In this document: piece after piece, positions 1-12,434 of the stretch
Layout: each line of letters starts with the position of its first letter
Position numbering within the stretch: the stretch's first letter is position 1
Source of the DNA: Octopus sinensis
Lineage: Eukaryota
DNA: 64,000 bases
Direction: 5' to 3'
NCBI RefSeq assembly: GCF_006345805.1
Contig: NC_042998.1
Location: 46,934,001-46,998,000 of the forward strand
Program-made: the position numbers and the translations under genes
Notes under the pieces: model-generated
What the model saw: only the letters and a program-made list of their open reading frames with translations
Told to the model about the DNA's origin: nothing
Database searches by the model: none

Positions 1-204
1 CACACACACACACACACACACACACACGTACGTACGTACGTATATAGGGCATGGAGGTATTTGTGTATACTGCGTCAGTCTGGGCCCGTTATTTGTCTCT
101 GTAAAATTTGGTGCTTGTAATGTCTGAAATACATTAGCCAGAACTTAAAAATGTTATCCCTCAAACTTATTGTTACTAAGCTGTGTCAGCGGTAAACATT
201 TAAA

Positions 205-428
205 ATTAGTGTTCTTTTCCACACTAGGCACAAAACTTGAAATTTGGGGGAGGGGGCCAGTTTAATTAGATTAAACCCTATACGCAAGTGGTATTTAATT
301 TATCGACCCTGAAAGGATGAAAGGCAAAGTCGACCTCGGCGGAATTTGAACTCAGAACGAAAAGACTGACGAAATATCGCTAAGCATTTCACCCGGCGTG
401 CTAACGATTCTGCCAGCTCGCTGCCTTA
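205..428 (-). mobile_element. tRNA-derived SINE family A (MetaSINE-like core), monomer with tail type 1
   Basis: Reverse complement reads the A-box head (ggcagcgagctggcagaatcgttagc), a B box (gagttcaaattcc) and the core gtcgactttgcctttcatcctttcagggtcgataaa. About 20 copies in the window. MetaSINE assignment is from memory of the core motif. Confidence 0.85.
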
Positions 429-435
429 TTTAATA

Positions 436-820
436 CTTTCTACAAAAGGCACAAGGCCTGAAATTCAGGGGGAGGAGACTAGTCGATGTGTTTCACTGGC
501 GCTTAATTTATCGACCGCAAAAGGATGAAAAGCAACGTCAACCTCAGCAGAATTTGAACTCAGAACGTACTGACGGGCGAAATACCTATTTCTTTATTAC
601 CCACAAGGGTCTAAACATAGAGGGGACAAATAAGGACAGACAAAGGGATTATGTCGATTACATCGACTCCAGTGCGTAACTGGTACTTAGTTTATCGACC
701 CCAAAAGGATGAAAGGCAAAGTCGTCCTCGGCGGAATTTGAACTTAGAACGTAACGGCAGACGAAATACGGTTACGCATTTCGCCCGGCATGCTAACGTT
801 TCTGCCAGCTCGCCGCCTTA
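436..820 (-). mobile_element. SINE family A dimer (head-core-tail2 / core-tail1)
   Basis: Two cores joined at gaaatac|ctatttcttt (585/586). Confidence 0.85.
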
Positions 821-1012
821 TTTAATATTAATGTTCCAGCTAAATGGTAACTGAATACAACCGAGACGTTTTCAGATAATATATTTGGGGTTGAGACTGG
901 CACTGCAAGCTTATATGCTTCCACAAAACTCTCTTTTTAAACACCAGGTATAGACAATTATATTTAAAATTAGACACAAATTCAGACAACCCCACATAAA
1001 GACAAACACACT

Positions 1013-1231
1013 TACAAGGGAGTACTGAGAAGTTCCTGACTTTGGGAAAAAGAAAATACAGGAGAATCAGTTAATTATGATTTTATTCAACATATTCCAC
1101 TATCAGATTCACACACTTACTGCAGCGCTCCTTCAGTTTTTCTAAACTCTGTAAAAAACTCGGAAGGTTGGCCTCCAGCCAGGCCTTTCGCGACACCCTT
1201 AAAACTAAGAACTTTTTAGCACCCCCTCGTA
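1013..1231. mobile_element. Mariner-type MITE
   Basis: TIRs tacaagggagtactgagaagttcct and the reverse complement of aagaactttttagcaccccctcgta; TA at both ends. Confidence 0.8.
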
Positions 1232-1278
1232 TATATGTGTGTGTGCTTATATATACACTCATACATACATACATATAT

Positions 1279-1346
<68 letters not shown>

Positions 1347-1359
1347 ATATATATATATA

Positions 1360-1394
<35 letters not shown>

Positions 1395-1397
<3 letters not shown>

Positions 1398-1698
1398 AGG
1401 CGCAATGGCCTAGTGGTTAGGGCAGCGGACTCGGGGTCGCAGGATCGCGGTTTCGGGTCCCAGACCGGGCGTTGTGAGTGTTTATTGAGCGAAAACACCT
1501 AAAAGCTCCACGAGCTCCGGCAGGGGGTGGTGATCCCTGCTGTACTCTTTCACCACTCTTTCTCTCACTCTTTCTTCTGTTGGCCTGCTCGCTTAGCCAG
1601 CGGGGTGGCGTTATTCGAAGGCTAAAACAATGCGAACGCATTGTGACCAGCGATGTGTAACAACATCTGATGGTCTGGTCGGTCACGTGATCACGTGA
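1395..1698 (+). mobile_element. tRNA-derived SINE family C (tail C1)
   Basis: Head ggaggcgcaatggcctagtggttag with A/B boxes; near-identical inverted copy at 17432-17732. Confidence 0.85.
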
Positions 1699-2271
1699 TA
1701 TATATATATATATGTATGTATGTACATACACAAACACAAATACACAAGCACACACACGCACACACACACGTATGTGTGTGTGTATGTGTGTATGTATTGC
1801 TCATATTTGCGTTGTCGGGCAAAAGCATTTAGACGGACTCTACGCTTCTTATTTAAAAGTGTGTATTGAATGTGTACATGATATCCAAGATTACAAAACA
1901 CCACATCTAGAGTTAGGTACATATCAAGAAAAACGACCATACACCTGTATATATACACACACACATTACACACGCACACATACACGCACGCACACATACA
2001 TACATACATATATACATACATACATACATACATACATAATATATACATACATAACACACACACACATATATACGTGCGAGCATTATGTGTGTATATGTGT
2101 ATGAACATCCGTGCTTTTGATAATTTAAACGGTCGTACAATGAAATTCAATATCACCGATGACAGGATGTCTTTCACCAATGTTCAGGCTTCTCTTTTTG
2201 ATGAATCCATGCTGACATCTGTCTTCTCGGTTTTACAAAATTATTAAATCTATAAGACTCAATTTAGAAAC

Positions 2272-2580
2272 GAAAGGTGCTTTGTGGTGCTAAGTTACAG
2301 AGACGTAAACACTCCAACACCGGTTATCAAGCAGTGGTTGGGGGTTGGGGTAAACACACGCATAAATACACACACATTTACCTACCCACAAACACACACG
2401 TACACATATACGACAGGCTTCTTTCAGTTTCTATCTGCCAGATCTATATACAGACAGAGACTTTGGTCGGCCCAAAGCTATAGTAGGGGATACTTGTCTA
2501 AGGTACCACACAGTGGAACTGAACGCGGAACCTTGAGTTTGGGAAGCAAGTTCCTTACCATACAGCTACACCTGAGCCTA
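2272..2580 (-). mobile_element. CORE-like SINE family B with internal microsatellite (degraded)
   Basis: Matches copies at 31990, 40965 and 45325; CORE-like ccttgggcaagtgtcttctactatagc motif. Confidence 0.75.
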
Positions 2581-3062
2581 TCTACTTATTACTTACTTAT
2601 TTGGCCCATAAAATTAATTACCAGTCAACTGCAGGTTAGATATTATCGACACTAGATATTAATATTTCCTTCAATATTGGGTATTTTGTGCCTATGTTGG
2701 AAATCAGTATGATTCTTTAGGCGGGTGAGACAATAGCTATCAATGGTTTTGAATCACTCAGTTTTCTCCCTTTTTTTCAGTCGGTTTGGCATTACTGAAC
2801 CTTAGTTATCTTCGAACTTTTGTCACCGTACTCAGATACAAAACGTCGTAACAAAATGAGTGCTGGCTATAATTTCTATAGAATATCTGTAGAGATAACC
2901 TTAACAAGTAATGCAAAAGCACTGCTAACACAGTAGAACACAGTATTGACTTATGAAAACGTTTAGTATATATTGTAGAATATCATGGTAGCATAATGAA
3001 GTGCCATGTCCCCTAAAATCTATCTATCTGCCTGCCTGCCTCTCTGTCTGTCTGTCTATCTG

Positions 3063-3153
<91 letters not shown>

Positions 3154-3274
3154 ATTTATCTATCTATCTATCAATGTATGTATGTATGTATGTATGTATG
3201 TATGTATGTATGTATGTATGTATGTATGTATATATGTATGTATGTATGTATCTATCTATCTAGATGCATAGATA

Positions 3275-3352
<78 letters not shown>

Positions 3353-3670
3353 CGGAAGATCTGGAGTTCGAGAAAAGTAGTGGGCATAGGCAAGAATCAG
3401 TTAATAAAATTCAAAACTTTGATTAAATAATAAAACTTAGTCAAATAAACAATAAAATCTATTCGATTGAGAAGATGTATAAAAGAGTATTATGAATGAC
3501 TGATGAAGTGCAAGGAATGATAAGACGGAGAAAATGCATCGGAAACAAGAAAAAATGGCGAGAAAGACGAACCGGCTCTTGTGTTTCCGTGCATGTGTAC
3601 TTGTGCGCACGCGCGTGTTTGTGTGTGTTTGCGTGCGTGTAGGTGTGTGTGTGTAGCTGTCTGTATTGTT

Positions 3671-3701
<31 letters not shown>

Positions 3702-3800
3702 AGTATACACCAAGGAAGAAAGAGGCAAATAAATAAAACAAATGGAGAAGAAATTTAAATTTGTGCTGATTTTTATGCTTTTCGTCTTCGTATGGCTTAC

Positions 3801-6141
3801 AATCTTCACATTTAGTGATAAGCTAGGGGCTGGCCACTTGGCCCGACTGTTTGACATATAGGTTCTTTGAAACGTTCGCTTTAGTCTTCTGTTATATGTC
3901 ACATCTGTTGGAAAATTGTCACGTGGCTTTCTTCGAGTTCAGCCATGTTAGAATGTCGGGTAGATAAGATGGAGAAACAGCAGTTACTGTTTTGCAGCAT
4001 TCGTTTGCAACGACTGCTGCTGCTTCTGTTGTTTTCCCCCCATAGTTATTATTATTATTGTTGTTGTTGTTATTGTTGTTGTTATTGTTGTTGTTGTTGT
4101 TGTTGTTGTTTTTGCTGTTACTGAAGGCAGTATTGCTTCAAGTTCTTACTGGTTAGCCTCTGTCGTTGTTTCTTGTTACTCTGGATATCCTCTCTCGGTG
4201 TTCTTATAGTGATTGCTATTTTATTGTCAGGACTGTGAACAAAACACAGGCAGTGGGTAAGGGATTTTAATGACATATAATGTCTCATTCAGTACTGTGC
4301 ATTTCTGAGTTCTAATAAAACAAGTGTTGATATTAACTTTTAACCGCCCCGGGAAATATATTACTCACCACATTTGGAAAATTTCTCACAACTCAGCAAA
4401 AAGCATCTCCAAAAATACAAGCGAAATTTTAAACAACGTATATATTAATAATAATAATAATAATAAGCTAAATTTTGGGAACCCCATTTTTATGCCGTTA
4501 CGACTGTCTATATTGTTGAAATTCAAGGTGCGATAAAAGTACCGTATTTGTAGCGTTACTTCAAATAAGGTTTTAAATGAATTAAATAACAAATAACGAA
4601 GATGGAGAACTTCTAACAGTACAAAAAGAGAAAGTTAAGTAACCCTTTTTATGTTTCAGGCGCAAAGACCCATCATGTTATTGATCTTATAACTGAAACC
4701 AGTATTCAGTTTCCTTAATCCGTTCGGCTTTAACCCTCTCGGATCTGGGCGCCTGTGACTAAATTTACCCTCCACCGAAGCTCCTGGGCAAAAGAATAAA
4801 AAATGTGACATACACAGCCCAAGAATAATTATTGCAGGCAAACTAAGTGACAGAATCACACAAAAAAAATTCAAGAGTAAAACACTAATAGACATATCTC
4901 GGAAAAACCATATTTTTTTTTTTTTTACCTGAATCGCTAGTTACCTCATCGCTTTCACCAGTTTGTTTGTCCGAATCATTCTCGTCTGCGTAAGGTTAAA
5001 TTCTTCGTCCAAAGAATAACAATATTTTGCTTAACTTCAAAGACGGTAGACCTTGCTCCTTTACTACTAAACGAAGTGTCGGGACTTTACACGCTCGTTT
5101 CATCGGGAAAATATAATTTCTCTCTTTCCGATTAACAACAAAAATAAATAACAGTTATGGTGGACGCCCTTAACAATGAGTAATAAACACACTTCACTAC
5201 AAAGGAGCAGCGTAGTCGCATCTTTTAGTCTATTATTTGTGTCTTTAATGTTGTTCATTACCACTTTTACGGGATTCCGGTACAGATTACATTTTGGCTA
5301 TTTCTGCTGTACCGGAAACACGGTGCGAAGTGTAAGTCACTATCCGTATGCAATGAACGTGACAAGGTCTATGTAAACCTTCATTACTTCGTACCGCTCA
5401 CTTCTGCTGATGGGCTTTGTACCTGAAAAATGTGGAGGCGCAATGGCCCAGTGGTTAGAGCAGCGGTCTCGCGGTCATAGGATCGCGGTTTCGATTCCCA
5501 GACCGGGCGTTGTGAGTGATTATTGAGCGAAAACACCTAAAATCTCCACGAGGCTCCGGCAGGGGATGGTGGTGATCCCTGCTGTACTCTTTCACCACAA
5601 CTTTCTCTCACTCTTACTTCCTGTTTCTGTTGTACCTGTATTTCAAGGGGCCGGCCTTGTCACTCTCTGTGTCACGCTGAATATCCCCGAGAACTTCGTT
5701 AAGGGTACACGTGTCTGTGGAGTGCTCAGCCACTTACACGTTAATTTCACGAGCAGGCTGTTCCGTTGATTCGGATCAACCGGAACCCTCGTCGTCGTAA
5801 CCGACGGAGTGCTTCCCACCTGAAAAATATAAAGATTACTTAATTTCCTCTTTTTACATTATTAGAAGCTTTACCTCTTAATAATTGTGATACGAATTTT
5901 ACGTTTGTATCACAATACTTCATTCAAACTACAACGCCCTTCTTTAAATGTATAAATAACAAGAAAGAAGCACAGAGTTACAGTAATAACACTAATATTT
6001 ATCCAATATATGCATCAAGATAAGCATGGTGTAAGATATGTATGGTCATGTAACTATGATGGATATTTAGTCTTGCTGGTTTACTTATGGCCATTCTACT
6101 TGGTTGAATATCTTCGCCTGCTAAGTCCCACTCGTGTAGTA
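3801..6141 (-). CDS. Speculative chain of 7 small exons (6141-6085, 5422-5402, 4985-4929, 4783-4769, 4612-4543, 4232-4150, 3904-3801), unknown protein
   Basis: All have AG/GT boundaries and compatible phases (1-1,1-1,1-1,1-1,1-2,2-1,1-0), giving 407 nt without a stop: ..LHEWDLAGEDIQPSRMAISTKPISRNENDSDKQTGESDEVTSDSGASVEEVLHLRYLLFNSFKTLFEVTLQIRPDNKIAITIRTPREDIQSNKKQRQRLTNVTYNRRLKRTFQRTYMSNSRAKWPAPSLSLNVKI. No recognisable domain; exons were hand-picked. Confidence 0.25.
5176..5331 (+). CDS. Speculative first coding exon with signal-anchor/TM segment
   Basis: aacaATG, 52 codons (MSNKHTSLQRSSVVASFSLLFVSLMLFITTFTGFRYRLHFGYFCCTGNTVRS), then donor gtaagt. It lies inside the span of the minus-strand model; either or both may be false. 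Confidence 0.15.
5432..5817 (+). mobile_element. SINE family C (tail C2) with 11-bp TSD
   Basis: TSD acctgaaaaat at 5421-5431 and 5818-5828. Confidence 0.9.
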
Positions 6142-6363
6142 CTGTATATCAATGTTGAAATTAGTTTTCTTATTTCTAATTGGGTAATTCAATGCAGTTT
6201 AAAGCAAGAAATGTTTGAACGAAAATAGATTCATAAACTTTCTCTACACTCTTTTATTTGTCATTTAACTACGTCCATGTCGGATCTTTGCAGGACTCTT
6301 CGAATAAATCGACCCAGTACTTTGTGTGTTAGTTAAAAAACAAACAAACACATATAGACACAT

Positions 6364-6394
<31 letters not shown>

Positions 6395-6399
<5 letters not shown>

Positions 6400-6570
6400 A
6401 GAAAAACAAAAGACGATGACAGGTGTATGAACAACAAGTAGGTGTATTAGTTTGACGCTCGAGAAAATGAAAAAGTCTGGTACTTTTTCGAGCCTACGCT
6501 CTTCAGCAGAAAGGAATAAGAGAAAATAAACAAGAAAAAATGAAAAAAGACTGTTAGATTTAGCGCTCAT
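6395..6570 (-). mobile_element. Penelope-like pLTR fragment with decayed hammerhead
   Basis: Homologous to 44360-44600; minus strand CUGCUGA-A-GAG-cguagg-CUC-GAAA at about 6475-6512. Confidence 0.55.
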
Positions 6571-6614
6571 ATATATATATAGATATATATATATATATAT
6601 CTATATAGACACAC

Positions 6615-6656
<42 letters not shown>

Positions 6657-6808
6657 AATATAAGAGAGTGGTCACTACATGGCTCACTCTAGCACACCAG
6701 TTAATCCAAAAGGTTTCAACCACAAAAATAGCCACTTGGTGTTGAATAGATATACTATTAAATTAGTATCTAATTCTCTCACCCTTATTAATTATATATA
6801 TATATATA

Positions 6809-6856
<48 letters not shown>

Positions 6857-6967
6857 TTTGGACTAAATCGTTCTATCATGCCTATAAGAAGGCATGTGTC
6901 CAGGTGGCAGCAGGGGCCGGAACCCTTTAGATTATTATCGGAGCACTGGAATATTGAACAGATTCCC

Positions 6968-7016
<49 letters not shown>

Positions 7017-7030
7017 TGTGTGTGTGTAAA

Positions 7031-7345
7031 AGTGGCGATCAGGGCAGAATCGTTAGCACGCTTGGCGAAATGCTTAGCAGCATTTCGTCCGTTTTCACGT
7101 TCTGAGTTCAAATTACCCGGAGGTCGACTTTGCCTTTCATCCTTTCGGGGTCGATAAAACAAGTACCAGTTGAATACTGAGGGTCAATGTAATTGATTAA
7201 ACCCTCCCTTGAAATTGCTGACCTTGTCATGGTTCAATTTTATTTAAAGGTTTCTTACTAATAGAGAAAGAGCCGGTTTCTAACCTCGATCCATGGCTCT
7301 TTTACTGGAATTTAAACATCAACAACAGAGTATTTTTGTATGTAT
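7031..7345 (+). mobile_element. SINE family A plus adjacent dispersed repeat (duplicated at 8286-8585)
   Basis: Same atypical head (aaaagtggcgatc) and same 3' junction into the ccggtttc..aacc repeat in both copies. Confidence 0.75.
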
Positions 7346-7373
7346 GTCATTATTCTTCCGTGATGTTGCTCTG

Positions 7374-7405
<32 letters not shown>

Positions 7406-8285
7406 ATCTATCTTTTTATCAATCAATCTATATATCTCTATCTCATAAAGGTACTCACAACCACCTTGAATTTTGAAAGTGGATAAGGGAATCTGAACGT
7501 AGTCTTGTTCCGTCTTGTAACATTTCTGTCGGAGGCCTGCCTTCCATGTATCTTTCGTTTAGTTTTAAAGACTAGAGTGTAATTTCAGAGAAAGATATGG
7601 CTGCTTTTGTATAGGAAGAACGAGCGACTCATCTAAAAGCCCTTTTTTCTGGTTAATCATTGTTTTTGTTGGTTGCTGTTGCTTGTTATTGTTAATACTG
7701 CTTTTGTTGTTGTATGGTTGTTCGGAAGATTAGCATGAAAAGTTTATAAAAGAAAATATCATACTTTGTATGAAAACATACTTTAAATGGGCAAGCTGAC
7801 AGATAACGTTGAGTATTTTTACTGAAAATACTGAGAGGAGATATGAATAGGGAGAAAAAAATGAAATTTTAAAATAAATGTAACAGGTGGAAGAATGAAA
7901 ACAAAAAGTCTATAAAATAGATACGAATAGAATAAAAAAAAAATAAACGGGGGACGAGTAGAAAATAAAGGTTGGCCAAAAGAAGGAGAGAGAGAGAGAG
8001 AGAGGGGGATGTGAGGGACTCAAATTAGGAGGAAAATGACAGAGAAATATCGGAGGAGAGAAGAGCAGACAGATGGTGAAAATTGATATGGAAGATGTGA
8101 CGGAGGAAGAAAAGATAGGGAACATACCGGTCAATGGGATGTATATATAGATCCGCACACATACATACATGTGTATGTACGTTCATATCTATCTGTCCAC
8201 ATTTCTATCTATGTATGTATATGTATTATATATCTGTATATTAAATTGTGTGAGTGTGTGTGTGTATGTGTGAGTTTGTGTGTAA

Positions 8286-8585
8286 AAGTGGCGATCGGGC
8301 AGTATCGTTAGCACGCTTGTCGAAATGCTTAGCAGCACTTCCGTTTTCACGTTCAAATTACCCCGAGGTCGACTTTGCCTTTCATCCTTTCGGGGTCGAT
8401 AAAATTAGTACCAGTTAAATAATGGGGTCAATGTAATTGACTTACCCCTCCCTTGAAATCGCTGGCCTTGTCATGGTTCAGTTTTATTTAAAGGTTTCTT
8501 GCTAACAGAGAAAGAACCGGTTTCAAACCTAGAGTCAAGGCTCCTTCATTGGAATTTCAACATCAACAACAGAGTACTTTTGTTT
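8286..8585 (+). mobile_element. SINE family A plus adjacent dispersed repeat (second copy)
   Basis: See 7031-7345. Confidence 0.75.
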
Positions 8586-8619
8586 GTACGTATGTATGTA
8601 CAGATTTTTTATATTTTAT

Positions 8620-9275
8620 GTATGTATTCTCATGCATATAGTTGCATATCTAGACATGCTCACATATATTTAAATGATAAACATCTGGAAAGTTTTACAG
8701 AATTCTACAGTTCCAGTGATGGATTGAATCTATAGTCTTCGAATTAGCTTTCTTCTTTCTAATTTCCAGAAGCCTAATTTCTCAAGATTGGTATTTAGGC
8801 AGTGTTTTACTTATCCCGGGGCCCCAATAATTACAGCTATAAATCTGAACTTGTAATCTGGATAGAGTAACTGCAGATTTCTCAATAGTTCAGCATAGGT
8901 GTTCTCTTTTTCACTGATCTTCAGTTTTATGTTAACATCTGCTGGGCAACTAATTTCAACAACTATGCACAGTTTCCTTTCTCAATCCCAAATCATTATA
9001 TCAGGTCTGTTGTGCTTACACTTTATTGAGGTCATCACTGGGATATTCCACCAGTATTCCATTTTGTTATGAGTGGCTATTGCTTCTACCATATTGTGGG
9101 TTCTTATTTCTTTGTCTTTGGGATAATACCCTGATGGCATTTTCGGACAACTGCTTATGATGTGGGTGATATCTTCAGTGTGAACTCCACAAAGTCTTCA
9201 TCGGTTGTCATACTTTACGGCTTGTCCGACCGTCCCATAGGCCTCACCTTTGAGAAACACTGATTTAACCTAAAT
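8620..9275 (-). pseudogene. R4/Dong-clade non-LTR retrotransposon 3' fragment (CCHC knuckle plus restriction-like endonuclease)
   Basis: Minus-strand frames give RLCGVHTEDITHIISSCPKM, YWWNIPV..KCKHNRPDIMIWD and IVVEISCPADVNIKLKISEKENTYAELLRNLQLLYPDYKF; frameshifts and stops. Confidence 0.85.
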
Positions 9276-9724
9276 TTGAGACACCAGCAAAAGAAGAAAT
9301 AAAGATATACTTTTTTCTATTCCAAGAAAAACGATTTTACAAAAGCACGTTCCCACGGTTTTATCGATCGCATTCCCACCTGGAATTGATTTTTGTAACT
9401 TATACACGCCCTGATACCGTCGGTATCTACATATCAAATTTGAGCGCAATCGGATGGAGGATGCTCGAGATCCTAGAAGACACACACACACAGACAGAAC
9501 GGATTTTATATAATAGATATGCATATATGCATACACATACACTCACACATATAAAAACTTACATATATATTTATATATTTTCATATGTACATGTGCGTGT
9601 TTGTGTTTAATTGTCTAACAGTGGAGATCTACGAATTCTGGAATCAGAGTCTTCTCTGTCGAATATGATGGAAACCTGTAACAGTGCAGAAGAATTTCAC
9701 GATTTTCCCATTAACTTAAAAATA

Positions 9725-10180
9725 CCGCCATCACCACCACCACCACCACCACCACCACCACCACCATCGCTACCGCCACCACCACTGTCATTGCTACCAC
9801 TACCGTCACCAACCCCACTTCCACCACAGCCACCCTCCCATTACCAACAGCACTTCTACTTCCCCCACCACTACCTCAAATACCACCACCGTCGTTACCA
9901 TCACCCCATCACAACCACAACCATAACCTCAGCTAACACAATTATCACTATCACCACCACAGCAGTAACACTATCACCACAAATGCACCACCACCACCAC
10001 CACCACCACCACCACGATTACCCTCACTATTTAAACACACCGATCACCTACCGCTACCACCTCCAACATCACCACCACTGCCTCAACTACAAACACTCCC
10101 CACTACCAAAAGCTCAAACACCACCACCACCACCACCACCACCACCACCATCATCGCCGTCGCCACCACCATCACCGTCG
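9725..10180. repeat. Degenerate (ACC)n/(CAC)n trinucleotide tract
   Basis: Explains the P/H/T-rich 210-aa ORF at 9611-10243. Confidence 0.85.
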
Positions 10181-10713
10181 TTTTCTATCGGGCAGTGTAG
10201 AAAAAAAAACTTCTGTACCATCATCTCTTTCCCTATTAACTAAAGAAAAATCCCACCAAAATAACACGTATTACACACTGTGTAACGTTGCGATAGACAA
10301 AAAGAGAACTTGAACACCATATTGTTTAGTTAGTCTCTTCGTTTGGGGAATTAATCCTTGTGTGATTTTTACGGCGCGGGTTTAACGCGTGGCTTGCTTG
10401 TTCGTGAGAGCAGGTCAAGCAGAGAAACAGCTCGGTCTGTTTGACTGTTTGTCAGTCCACCTGTTTTTCTTGCCAGTAGGTCAATATGTTTGGGAGTTAA
10501 TCTGTTTGTCGGCAGATAAAGATGGCTAGAGCAGTGCTGTTTTCTTTTAGAATTATTGTTATTTTTAGCTATATTTGTATTTTATTTTCCTTTTTTCTGT
10601 GTTATCATGTTTCATAGTAGCTTAAGTGGTTGTTTCAGAATTAATTGTATCCTTATATAAATACGATATTTAATAACATAGAAATATAAAAAAGCACACG
10701 AAAAACGTTAGCA

Positions 10714-10788
<75 letters not shown>

Positions 10789-11326
10789 GCATGTATGTAT
10801 GTATGTATGTATGTATGTATGTATCTATCTCGGAAAAATTTAAAACAGAGGGTTACTTACTTGCAAACAAATATGTTAACATGTGACATTATTGACCGAG
10901 GTTACCGTGGTATTTTCCGTAGGCTTTTCTTTCCACGGATAAACACTATCTGCTTCCCCATTTACACTTTAAATCATGACATTTCTGTGATACACGATCG
11001 CTATTGATTGTTTTTTTCTTTTCTTTTCTTACCCTTTTACGATCCCTTTTGATCGAAAACCTACCCCACTTTTTTTCTTCTCTCCTCATAAAGAAAAGCT
11101 CTACTTTGTAATCTGTCCCGTCTGTGTGCAGCCCTGTGTGGCTAATAAAGAAACATATATATCTATCTATCATTCTTTATATCCTAGTTTACGTGAGTAT
11201 ACTTTAAAAACGCTATAATAGTGTAGTTTACGTCTTGCGAAAATATCTCCTATAGACGATCAGACGTATAGTGCTAAGAAGCGCAGAAATATCAAAAGAA
11301 GGTCCTATACAAAAGAATGTCCTATA

Positions 11327-11672
11327 CAGGTGGTGGAATTGCAAGGTCACGTAATTTCTGCGTGTTTGCACGTTCGAAACAGCTATCCACTATTACTGCA
11401 AGCTAGCCAAACTTCGCCCATACTGATACATAGAAAGACAGTGACTAATCTGTCGCTGATATCGCAAATAGCCGTCGGGATGGGCAACAATTAGTTATGA
11501 GTGACAGAAGCAGTATAAAGCCGGCTGTTTGCAATATCAGTAACTGATTAGTCACTGTTTCTATATTTATCGGTAAGAATGAAGTTTGGCTAGCTTGCGA
11601 TGATAATGGGTACCTGCTGCTGATGGCATGCAAGCACGCAGAAATCATGTGAACTAGTTGTTCCCCCACCGG
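11327..11672. mobile_element. Old fold-back MITE-like element with about 150-bp inverted arms
   Basis: gcaagctagccaaacttc..acagtgactaatc..gcaaatagccg pairs with ggctgtttgc..gattagtcactgt..gaagtttggctagcttgc; pairing extends outward to caggtggtggaa / ttcccccaccgg. Confidence 0.75.
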
Positions 11673-12084
11673 TGCTGCATATTTTTTTGACCACTAGTGA
11701 AGTTTCTGTACCTTTTAGCACTATACATCTACTTGATGCTTTCTCAAGACGAATACCACAATATTATGGCGTTTAAGGATATCCACGTTCAGTGGATTGT
11801 AAAGATTTTCATGCGGTATTAATTTAGCTTCCGTTGTAAAAACTTGTAAAAACCCTCGATTCAATAACACCGTCTACAAACTCTATGCTTAGAATGACTA
11901 GTTCTAAATACTATTGGAACTTACACACAAGGTACAGGAAACTTGTATGTATACCATTCTGCCTAAATAACGGAACTGCAGATACAATATCTCTGAATAT
12001 CTCACGTCTGTTTTCATTCCTCGACTTAACTCTTTATTTCATATCTTCTCTAGAATAACTATTGCTTAACCATTTTCTCACACT

Positions 12085-12132
12085 GTCTCCGATGAAGGGA
12101 CATATAAAATATCCTGGAAACATCTGTAAGAC
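12085..12132 (+). ncRNA. Decayed type I hammerhead motif (U4C, broken 10.1-11.1 pair)
   Basis: gucu-CCGAUGA-aggga..uccug-GAAAC-aucu-GUA-agac; stem I gucu/agac intact. Confidence 0.5.
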
Positions 12133-12323
12133 TTTCTCTATATAAATGTTCTGAAATCTTTCACAGCCTCAATTTTTATCTCATTCTCTTAATTATATAT
12201 ATATATATATATATTGAATTCGGTGATACCAGTTGCGGATTCTAGCTCGCTCTGATACTGAGTGGAGTTGGTGCCTTCTGGTATCTCAAAATTCAATATA
12301 TAATCATTTATGATTATAGTATT

Positions 12324-12434
12324 CTACGCTGAAGAGAAAAGAAGTTTCGGTAAGATAGAATTATTTATTATTTAATATTTAATATTAATTCTTATGCTTT
12401 CCTTAAAACTTGATTTCGAAACGTACGTCCGTGG
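12324..12434 (+). ncRNA. Type I hammerhead ribozyme, predicted cleavage after C12429
   Basis: Stem I cuacg/cgugg; core CUGAAGA; stem II closed by GAAA/UUUC (82-nt domain); GAAAC-guac-GUC with palindromic ACGUACGU. Confidence 0.85.

Noticed and set aside
1395-1470. tRNA genes at SINE heads (also 5432, 17732, 33550, 45950)
   Set aside because: A/B boxes are present but run directly into SINE bodies with no complete acceptor stem; these are tRNA-derived SINE heads
7250-7340. Hammerhead-like GAAAC-cg-GYU on the minus strand in the ccggtttc..aacc repeat (also 8500-8580)
   Set aside because: Upstream core reads CCAAUGA or CCAGUAA with extra nucleotides; too many deviations to call
9611-10243. 210-aa Pro/His-rich ORF
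   Set aside because: Almost entirely (ACC)n microsatellite; only about 35 unique codons at the start
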